From Tubulanus polymorphus (taxonomy: Eukaryota > Animalia > Nemertea), in assembly GCF_964204645.1 (NCBI RefSeq), contig NC_134028.1:3658001-3722000 (forward strand): a stretch of DNA of 64,000 bases, read 5' to 3'. Positions within the stretch are counted from its first letter, which is position 1, and each line of letters starts with the position of its first letter. The notes under the pieces are model-generated. The model was not told the origin of the DNA, made no database searches, and saw nothing but the letters and a program-made list of their open reading frames with translations. A program made the translations under genes and the position numbers. Shown here in pieces: positions 1 to 10,193 of the stretch.

Positions 1-821
1 CAAAAGTTATCAATGTTAAGTCAGAAGTTCCTACCAGGAATAGTAGACACTAAATTCTCTAGTCTGGAGAAGTCTCGGTCGCGATTATCGGTTGACATTG
101 AATCCGGAAAAGTAAACTTCGTTACAACGAACTTTATGGGCTACGCGCTGGAATCGGGTCCGTGGTCCATAAATCTCATATTGGACACAAAAGAGGCATT
201 TCGAAACATAGCTGAAATTAATAAATGCTCGTATTTATCGGATTAGAATACGCGAGGAATATAAATCCATAGTTGAATCTAATAAAGTGCCAATCATCCA
301 TGTATCTATGTTTGCCAAGATGACTCAGTTGCTCAAGTCAATATATAACCTGTTAATGGTATTAGATCGGTTATTAGTTATGCTAATGTACTTCTTCGAA
401 TCCATGACACTTCTTTAGTTTTACCGATGCATAATCAAAACCAAGTGATTTTTGATGATCTCAGTCGCACACATTTCGTTTGTATCCATTCGCTATGCAA
501 GCATTTTCCATCGCGAGTTCCAGCTATTATCGGCTCTGATGAATATCGGCGACGCAAGATCCATTTCTTCAACTGCATTCGTGTAAATTCGGTTGAGAAA
601 AGCTTTAATGCGAATATCGTATCAATGTTTAGGAGGATTCTAGACCCAATGAAATTCCACCTCGTATATAAGAGGTGAAGTGCCTTTGTGTACCCTGCTG
701 CTTTTTACTTCCCTTTGATGTACCCCTAGTCATCGGCTGGCATAATATATTCTTCCTGAAAATGTCGTCTCGAGTAAATGATATATTAGGTTTCCCTCTG
801 TATTTCAATAGGCTCATCAAT

Positions 822-1140
822 AGCCGCGATCACACGAGCATTTTTGGCCCGGGCCAAATTTGGCCTGTGCCAAATTTGGCCCGGAACAACTGTTCACACG
901 GGTGCCAAATGGGTCCGAGCCTATTTGGCCCGAGCCAAATTTTAGCACCAGATAAATGATTGCGTTTGAATTGCAACTGGCACCGGAAATGATCCATTTC
1001 GCTTTGTTTGAGCATTGTTTAGTATCGAGTGAATGGTTTGCGTGTGAACGCGCTCTATAATTAGGCACGGGCCAAATTTGGCCCGAGCCTGATCCGTGCC
1101 AATTTGGTCCGGGTCAAATCGTCTCCGTGTGATCGCGGCT
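822..1140. mobile_element. MITE (PIF/Harbinger-like)
   Basis: TIR AGCCGCGATCACACG...CGTGTGATCGCGGCT, internal GGCCCGAGCCAAATTT subrepeats, A/T flanks. Confidence 0.8.
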
Positions 1141-1427
1141 TATAATTTTACGTTTTGACGATCGTAACATGTTTGAAGAATAAACTTGAACCGATGACTG
1201 TATTCGGTTTCGATCGGTCGATTACCTCACGATATACCGAAACAAAGTCTATTAATCTTTTGTTCTGAATGTTGTCACTCTGTCGTTAGAAATCATATGC
1301 ATTTTAAAAACGATCAAGGTAAACGCGTTAAAATCAGTTGTAACCATTGCAATCACAGGGTCTTAACAATGATCTTCATAAGGTTGTCGACGGACGTCAC
1401 ATGATATTGCGTCATATTGGCCTTTAA

Positions 1428-1641
1428 GGCTAAACAAAAATGATACCTTGTTTCTCCGCAGCGGCCGGGTCATTTTTGTAAAATATGATGAAATTTATAA
1501 ACAGTTCATTTCTATAGCGGCCGGGTCTGTTATGGTGAAATTGATCACGATTTTTAAAAAAGTAATGTATAGGGTAGATAGGCGGCCGGCCGGGTCAACA
1601 TTTAAGCTCAGCAGAGCCGAGAAACAAGGTTTTTTTTAGCC
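1428..1641. mobile_element. MITE (PIF/Harbinger-like, TAA target duplication)
   Basis: TAA|GGCTAAA...ACCTTGTTTCTC ... GAGAAACAAGGT...TTTAGCC|TAA. It sits between older inverted repeats (gacgtcac...gcgtcatattg / caatatgacgc...gtgacgtc), suggesting nesting. Confidence 0.75.
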
Positions 1642-1896
1642 TAAGTTTGGCGTTTTTATTTCAGTAAGACGCTCACGCTTGACGGTCAATATGACGCTCT
1701 GTGACGTCACGCGTATATAACCTCATAATATGGACACGATTTCAAGCTCAATTGTTCAACTGCTTGATGTAACAAACAAAAAACTGCCGAATAAAAAGTC
1801 CTGATCTTCATGTATGACTTAAAATCGATGCTTCCAGCACAACTTGACGAGTTTTGTACACACTATAGCAACCCGTCTGTATTTTGTGATACCTTT

Positions 1897-2152
1897 AATA
1901 AGATAAAATCCCACTATTTACAGATTAAAAGAATTTAAAAACAAGAATTTATTTATTAAATCTAAAATATTTAAAAGACACGACGTTTCGATCTCACCCT
2001 AGATATCATCGTCAGGTGAGATCGAAACGTCGTGTCTTTTAAATATTTTAGATTTAATAAATAAATTCTTGTTTTTAAATTCTTTTAATCTGTAAATAGT
2101 GGGATTTTATCTTATTATCCGTTCACCACGTTTGAGTGTGGTCATCGTTCTA
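1897..2152. mobile_element. Penelope-like retroelement fragment with a 103-bp perfect inverted repeat and a hammerhead-like core
   Basis: Arms 1896-1998 and 2015-2117 with a 16-nt loop. The 13-bp direct repeat TTGTGATACCTTT flanks it (1884-1896, 2153-2165). The minus strand reads CTGACGA-N19-GAAAC. Confidence 0.65.
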
Positions 2153-2817
2153 TTGTGATACCTTTGTTGTTTTTTTTTTCATTTGATAATTTTGTGATGA
2201 ATCTAACACAGAAAATATATACGTCAAAAAATAATACGAATGCTTCTCTGTGTATTAAGTTCGCATGAACAGTATAATTATTGCTTCTAATCCGTATAGA
2301 AATGTGGTGCACGCTAATTATTTTTTTTGTATCTCAATAATTTTCGACGAAGTCGGTTTATAAATTGTGGGTTCGTTTTGGTAATAGTCTATTGAAATCA
2401 GTCGAAAAAGGTTTATATCGTTCTCACGTAATGAGTTAAAATCGCCGACAGCCGAGAAATAAACAACGTGTTTGTATAAGATTTAGTGTGTATTATTTGC
2501 TGTGAATTGAATAACGCTGGTTGACTGTAACTTATGCGGTCAGTTTCACGAATCGAATCTCGATTCTCACGACGTCAACGACTCGAAGAATCCTGTCGTG
2601 AAACTGCTACATACTCGGTCAGTCAGATGAATATCCATGATCTACTCATAACACGATTTACATCACGTTGAAAATCTTGTATTGCAGTGTTTTGGTTGAT
2701 TCCGATTTGCTATATTATTAATATGCTAAATAACGGTTGTAATTTTGCTTTTTGTGTCTTAAACTCATATTTGAATTATATACCGCATCGAAAGGGGTCC
2801 AACCGATATCCCTTCGT

Positions 2818-3087
2818 CATAGGCGTCCCCAGGAATTTAGGGGGTTCGAATTAGCATCAATCCAGTATCTAAGCACAATGTTGGGTGTTTGGTGGGCCTC
2901 CCCCAAAAAACTTTTTGAAAATTGGAGGCTTTAGAGACGTTTTCCCGGCTCCAGGAGTTTTCCAGGGGTTAAAAGACTAGTCAAATTGGTAAGAAAAATC
3001 TTGAATATTGATTACATAGTAACTTGAGAGGTTAGCTCATAAAGGGGGTGCGTCCGCTACCCCGCACCCCCCTTGGGGACGCCTATG
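2818..3087. mobile_element. MITE with 5-bp target duplication
   Basis: TTCGT|CATAGGCGTCCCCAGG...CTTGGGGACGCCTATG|TTCGT. Confidence 0.8.
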
Positions 3088-3594
3088 TTCGTAATTTTAC
3101 CCGTTTAAAAAATGTACTGATGTCAACAGCTTAAAAATTGTTAGGTAAAGTAGAACGCTATTATGATAAACTTTAGAATGTTTTTGTGCCTATACTTTGA
3201 ATATAGTTCCTCCTCAAAAAATGAAGCCAATCTAAGAATGATTTCGATCGAGCATTTTGTAAATATTTTCGATGAGAAATTCGTTGATCGGATTCTAAGA
3301 TTTCTATAATTCCTAAGTAGCCGTTTTGTCTCGCACGCTTCAGTCAAAAACGAATAAACACATTATCAAATATAGTTTGTTGTATTGTGGGCATTTTATG
3401 TGCAGCTATGCAGTATATATATTTACATTGATATATTAAAAAGTATATTGTGAATAAGAAATCAACATCGTTCAAGTTTTTTTTTCTCATGGGATTTTTT
3501 GGTCATATTTTCGACTGCCTGGATCAAAAGTGTTGCGGAATATAGTGACAAATTATTGTTTTCTGCTGCAAACAATGGCAGAAGTCAACGAGAA

Positions 3595-3705
3595 AAGTCA
3601 CGCTTCCCGAGTTCTCCCTCGGCGGCAAGGATTTGAACCTGATGGCATCGAGACTGCTGCAGTTCACGCCGTGGCCGAGACCTGCTTGTCATCATTCGAA
3701 TCCTT
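3595..3705 (-). mobile_element. Possible tRNA-derived SINE fragment (also ~9055-9165, partial 15793-15825)
   Basis: Minus strand has the Pol III B-box GGTTCAAATCC / GGTTCGAATTCC in a GC-rich repeated segment. No clear A-box or cloverleaf. Confidence 0.4.
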
Positions 3706-4481
3706 GTCGAGAGAAAAGATGATACCACGAAGTCGAATGAATCTACGACTGAATGTGGTGCATATTAAACTAATTGTGGTGCAAGACAAACACCCAGTTT
3801 ACATTATCCTCCTCCTAAATTCTAAACATCAGGTGAAAACTATATCAACAATCAGTGATTGAGAGACTCAAATAGATAAATCGCTTATTTAATTAAATTT
3901 TTTTTCAGCAGGAATCATTTTCTTTTTTTTGTGTATGATTAGAATTGAAATCCAATTATCATTTTTCAAATAATCGAATCTCTCATCCAGTGCCGACACC
4001 AACCTACATACCAGAAATCATCCACCTCCGTCATTTCGTGTCTAACTGCGTATTTGATATCTACTTTTTTCTATTTCGCATGTAATACTTTTGCAATAAA
4101 AATGGTAACGTATAAAATGACATATCTGAAAAAGAATCTACTGATTAAAAAGAAAATCGATGGTCATCATCATTGGTCATTAGTGGGATAAAAAGCGATT
4201 CAAAATGCGCACAGATTTGATATTTTCGTCCATCGAACGCAGGTGGAAATTAGAACAAAATCCGTTTTTCTGCTAAATTATTGTTGAAACATTTCTTCGA
4301 GTGGGCTACGAACAGAGGATTAATCCGGAAAAAAAGGATTTAACGCAGGTGGGGGCCGAAACAGAAGAATACTTTACACGGTTCCAAATGAATACAGATG
4401 AATTTCGATTGCATTTGCAGATTAGTGATTTGTTCGTATATAATTACCGATTTAGAGAGGCATTTCTATTCTACCAGCAGA

Positions 4482-7400
4482 ATGGTTCAAATTGAGAAGC
4501 TCGTGTGCATTTTTATGTACCTTCAAATCTATTTGTTTTGTTCTGCAAATGGACATCTCACTGAAAATAACGATGGAAAAGATTATGTATGTAGACTTTC
4601 TTTCTTTAAGTAACTTTTGATCTGGTGGCTGATTCGAGCCATACTAGAACATTATGTACAGCTAGAGGCATAATAAAAGGAATAAAAGAAATTTTACGAT
4701 GGCTCTTTTTGTTATTTCGAATTCTCCGGCGAGAGAAGGGCCAATGTGAAAATTTTTTATCGTGCCTCTAGCCACACAGAAAAATATTTTAGTATGGCCC
4801 GAATCAGCCACCATAGTTCGATGCAGTTTCTTGGAAAAGTTTTACTAAGTATCATTTTTTTCATTCAGTTTTTTTGTTGAATATGATGAATACATATTTT
4901 GATTTCATCGTGAAATTAGTTTCTACTTCTCTTTAATCATCGTCAGCAAATTACTGAAAATCGGCGTTCGAGTGAGAGTCAAATACAGCGACGTGCAGGT
5001 AATTAATGTAACTAGTTATGGATTTTGGTGTCAAAATAACGACTAATATTTGGAGAGAAATTTTGAAAAAAGAACATCTTCGTAAAATAGCTATTTTAGA
5101 GTCGATATATTTTGCAACCGATTGTTGTTTTGAACTAGAATTTATATTCATGAGGATTTTGAGTTGAGGTACAAATGGGAACAATATTTAAATTCATTCG
5201 GCTCGTTTCTCATTTTGATAAGATTAAATCCGACGAGAAAATTTGATCGCAGTCGAAATGCGGAAATTGGATCATCTCGAATGTGGTCGCTGGTTAGAAT
5301 CTGATACGAATCTAAGACATTCTAGTTATATATTACTATAATTTTAGTTACTGAAGTGTGTTTGAACAAACACTATCATTGTGAAAATTGGGCGAAATAT
5401 GGCGAATGCGAAAGATATCCGAGATATATGAATTCCGTGTGTAAAATATCTTGTAAAATATGTACAGCCGAACAAATTGAATTATGTAAGTATCTTATAG
5501 CACTACTTGATTGCTGACTATGATCCGATGATATCTTAAACAAATTTGATATTTCTAGGGAATTCATTGGGTCCAGATCACGAGAAATGTGTGGATTACT
5601 ACGACAAATGTCCGAACCTGGCTCAAAAAAATAAATGCAATGAATATCCAGAATTCATGTGGAAGATTTGCAAGGAGTCGTGTGGAGTCTGTGGAAAACC
5701 AGCAGTTCCGGTTGATGCAACCTATGATAAACGTACGTGAAATGATAATCGCAAGCCTATTATAAACTTTTCAATCAAAACACATCAATCAAATTCGACA
5801 GACCTGTGGTATATTTCACGCTCAGATCGAACTGGTGAACCTACTGATGAATCCGAATGTCAAAAAATCACCGATGTACCACAAGAATACAGAAAATTAT
5901 CATTCGCTGCAATACCGACATTTTATTCGAAGTTTTTACACGCGTACAATATACCTATCATTGGTAAGTTGTGAAGTTGTTTATTTAGATTAAAATCATC
6001 AAATAGTTTCGAAACTAAATAGACAATTTTAGATTATATATACATCAGGTGTCTATATCGGACTCGTTTCTTTACAACTTTGCAGCTTCGCACAACGTAA
6101 GGGATTACAGTCTTAGAAGAGCTTGCTACTTGGCTCGTTATTTGCTCGCCGGACGAAATGGAATCCGCCGTAATTACTACAAAAATCACGGTCGCTTCGT
6201 TGTGTTGGGGATGGAAGAGAAGATTTATCATGTTCCGGAGTACACAGGCTCATCTGAGTCGTTCAACAGTAGATTGTCGAATGGTGGCCTAGGCCCAACC
6301 ACACAAAAACCTATAAGTATAGTTTGGGAGAATACTGTAGCATGTATCAAACCAGACAGGTTAGTTTTATCAGTGTACGAGGTATCTTGGCTACTTTTCG
6401 ATTTAAGTAATCTACCAACATTGCATCGATAAATTTGAATATTCCATCATAACTCGTTGAAATATTACAGTTATTGGGATCAAGATGTCGGAATCCACGA
6501 GTTCGCACATGGCGTACACGTACTCGGTCTGAGGGGATTCAAGGAATATCGATTAGAACAAGAATTGAAGGGAATTTTCGTGAATTTCAATCAGTCAGCT
6601 GAAAGGCGTCTATTGGGAGGCTACGCACTGACAAATAGACGCGAGTTTTTTGTAAGTTAATAACAATGATTACCGGGTTACATGTAACTGCTATACAAAA
6701 CATTCACTACTAAATAAGATCGTAGTTGAAACACCGAATTTGTTTTGATTTCTAGGCGACTGCAGTTCAGGTTTATATCGGAGACTACACTTCATTACCC
6801 GTTAAAAACCGAAAGGCAATGAAAGAACAAATACCTTACGTATACAAGTTTCTGCAAAAGATTTTCCCTTGTGGCAACCGATTTATCAAAAGATGTCAGC
6901 TTCAGGAGGTACACGAAAAAAACAACAAGTATGCGCGCTGGCCAAAATACAGAAACGTTTCTTTCCCTGAATTGGAATGTACGGATAAAACGATGTGTTT
7001 AAACTAACATAGAAAATTGATTTTACTATAATCACTTTATCGATAAACTGTCATCTCATTTCAGATCTGATGAAAAATCAAAAGTTTCTCCTCGGCTGCA
7101 GTGATGAATGTATGTTTAAATCGTATCATGATTACTAACAATGTTTGTTGACTAACAATTAATTACATGTTTTTATACTCTTACATCTTCCAGTGAAATT
7201 TAACTGTGAAAGTAAAACTATTGGTCAGAAATATGAAGACAAATCTGACTCATGTTTATACTATCAATGTGATAAGGAAAATCAACCACAACGCCTCATG
7301 TATGTCTGCGACAAACAGATTATGTACCAAACCTACAATTATCGCGGCAGTATAAAGCTCTCCCACTACATGACAACCTGGTACGATCCATCAACGAGAA

Positions 7401-7567
7401 AATGTAACCGAGCCCAGAGTCCATGCAGCCCGTTATCAGAGGCAAATACTGACAAGAATTCCATCATCGACGCCGGAGTTATTGAAGAGGTCTCGGCGTA
7501 CAAATACACAGATCCGGTTTACGTCCTTCCCAACCCGAATTCCAATGATGAAAATCAATTGTTATAG
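4482..7567 (+). CDS. Secreted ShKT-ShKT-zinc metalloprotease (lethal-factor/M34-like)-chitin-binding-like protein, copy 1 (~560 aa, ~10 exons)
   Basis: Exons: 4482-4586 (signal peptide MVQIEKLVCIFMYLQIYLFCSANG), a short uncertain exon near 5251-5292, 5348-5485 (ShK1 CLNKHYHCENWAKYGECERYPRYMNSVCKISCKIC), 5559-5732 (ShK2), 5826-5963, 6086-6359, 6471-6651 (HEFAH...YALTNRREFF), 6756-6978, 7065-7109, 7194-7567. Introns are GT-AG with consistent phases. Confidence 0.88.
4623..4813. mobile_element. MITE in intron 1 of copy 1 (also in copy 2, ~10336-10526)
   Basis: TGGTGGCTGATTCG.GCCATACTA...TAGTATGGCCCGAATCAGCCACCA inverted termini. Confidence 0.75.
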
Positions 7568-8057
7568 GAGAAAACCGAAAGAGCAGTAGCGGCGAGGCTA
7601 TTAATCTTCGATCTTATTGAATCATGAAATGAGCGAAAATCGACTTAATTTCCAGAATTTGAGATGTTAATTCATATCAATTATTTATCATGAATAAATT
7701 CAAAAAGGTTGACAATCACGTGTTTGATTCGGTCGTTTTTTCCACTAACGTCAAAGGAAAGAATCTTGTACTGTTATGATAAAAAGAGCATCTTTGATTT
7801 TTGGAACAACCTATATACAGCTCGCATACCAACGACTTTGCCGCAGTTGTCGATCGTGTTATATTTTCTAAATCATTTGTTATGATTGATTGAATCGTTT
7901 CTGTGCGACATATTAATCTGCGTACGCCGGATTTCAAATACCCTACTCGCAGGTCGACTCGGTATGGTGATTGGTAGATGATGTCAAAATATTGGGCATT
8001 TTAACAACCAATCGCTTCTCTCAACTCACGTGAGTCACATCAAGGTCGCTGTATACA

Positions 8058-8495
8058 ATGCAAAATACGAGCGCGGTCGTTGAATTGACTAATTGTGACA
8101 AATGGAAAAAGACAGGGATCAGATGGGACTACCAGTACCTTAATATAGTAAAAGCCGTTGCTGTAAATGATGTACTGTACTCGTTCCTTGTTTTTGTCAT
8201 GTACCCGCTAAGGACCACTCATATTTATCGGCTTGTTGGAGATATCATTTTTCGTGTAGATGACTGGAGATTCGGACGAGCATTTGTTAAAGTTTCTAAC
8301 CGAGGTTATCACATATTTCTTCTCACTCGTTACTGGTGTGTTTTCTTGTTGAGTTTAGAGGGGTGTGTAATTGTGTTGTTTCCTTTGAAATCTCGTATAT
8401 TTTGGACGAAAAGAATTGTCAATTTTCTCTTAGCGATCGTACACCTCAGTTCACTAGCGATGTACCTCCCTCATCTCGTTCCCAGGTCTCCGCGC
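8058..8495 (+). pseudogene. GPCR pseudogene 1 (TM1 deleted, 3' truncated)
   Basis: Homologous to 27536-28597 (MQNT...CDKW...RWDYQY). An in-frame deletion removes TM1, and the copy is cut after LVPRSP at the tandem-duplication junction (~8490). Confidence 0.85.
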
Positions 8496-10193
8496 TAATG
8501 ATTTTTTTCCACAATTTTCGACGAAGTCGGTTTATAAATTGTGGTTCGTTTTGGTTATAATCTATTGAAATCAGTCGAGAAAGGTCTATATCGTGTTCAC
8601 GTAATTTAAGGAAATGTAGAACGCTATTATGATAAATTTTAGAATGTTTTTGTGCCTGTACTATGGATATTGTTCCTCCTTAAAAATGAAGCCTATCTAA
8701 GAATGATTTCGATCAGCATTTTGTAAATATTTTCGATGAGAAATTCGTTGATCCGATTCAAAGATTTCTATAATTCCTAAGTAGCCGTTTTGTCTCGCAC
8801 GCTTCAGTCAAAAACGAATAAACACATTATCAAATATAGTTTGTGGTATTGTGGGCATTTTATGTGCAGCTATGCAGTATATATATTTACATTGATATAT
8901 TAAAAAGTATATTGTGAATAAGAAATATACATCGTTTGAGTTTTTTTCTCATGGGTTTTTTTGTCATATTTTCGACTGCCTGGATCAAAAGTGTTGCGGA
9001 ATATAGTGACAAATTATTGTTTTCTGCTGCAAACAATGGCAGAAGTCAATGAGAAAAGTCACGCTTCCCGAGTTCTCCCTCGGTGGCAGGGATTTGAACC
9101 TGATGGCATCGAGACTGCTGCAGTTCACGCCGTGGCCGAGACCTGCATGTCATCATTCGAATCCTTGTCGAGAGAAAAGATGATACCACGAAGTCGATTG
9201 AATCTACGACTGAATGTGGTGCATATTAAACTAAGACAAACACCCAGTTTACATTATCCTCGTGCTAAACATCAGGTGAAAATTATATCAACAATCAGTG
9301 ATTGAGTGACTCAAATAGATTAAATCGCTTATTTGATTAATTTTTTTTTTCAGCAGGAATCATTTTCTTTTTTTGTGTATGCATAGGATTGAAATCCAGT
9401 TGTTATTTTTCAAATAATCGAATCTCTCATCCAGTGCCGACACCAACCTACATACCAGAAATCATTCACCACCGTCATTTCCTCGACAGAATAAAAGCAT
9501 GTTAAATAGATTAACACAATCTCAAAACTAAATGTTCCGTTTTACCAAACGGCAATAAAATACCTTTCTTTTGAGATGAACTGTGCGTGTACTTGAAATT
9601 ATTGCCATAGTGCAGTGCATTTATTCTATCATAGTCTGTGGTTAATTGAAGAAATTCGTGATCGAGCACAAGCAATATTACATTATTGTTCTCAAAACTT
9701 CGTCACTGGTATAAAAATCGTTCAAAAACGTGTCTAACTGCTTATTTAATATCTATTTTTTAATTTAATATCTTCTTTTTTATGCCTCGCATGTAATACT
9801 TTTGCAATACAAATTGTAACGTATAAAATGACATATCTGAAATAGCATTTACTGATTAAAAAGAAAATCGATGGGTATAATCATTGGTCATAAGTGGGAT
9901 AAAAAGCGATTCAAAATGCGCACAGATTTGATATTTTCGTCCATCGAACGCAGGTGGAAATTAGAACTAAATCCGTTTTTCTGCTAAATTATTGTTGAAA
10001 CATTTCTTCGAGTGGGCTACGAACGGGGGATTAATCCGGAAAAAAGGGGATTTAACGCAGGTGGGGGCCGAAACAGAAGAACACTTAACACGATTCCAAA
10101 TGAATACAGATGAATTTCGATTGCATTTCCAGATTAGTGATTTGTTCGTATATAATTACCGATTTAGAGAGGCATTTCTATTCTACCAGCAGA

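Noticed and set aside
13-820. Short ORFs at the window start, including a minus-strand ADNSWNSRWKML weakly like the hAT transposase RWNS motif
   Set aside because: Interrupted by stops and too little similarity to support a call.
840-1120. Short GGCCCGAGCCAAATTT repeats resembling a CRISPR-like array
   Set aside because: Spacing is irregular and orientation mixed. They are subterminal repeats of a MITE in a eukaryotic genome with no cas genes.
6496-6530. HEFAHGVHVLG as an astacin/metzincin motif
   Set aside because: It lacks HExxHxxGxxH and a Met-turn. The distal Y...EFF fits a lethal-factor-type site instead.
3530-9305. Duplicated ~110 aa ORFs (3530-3862, 8961-9305)
   Set aside because: They overlap a SINE-like repeat, the two copies differ by frameshifting indels, and no domain is recognisable.
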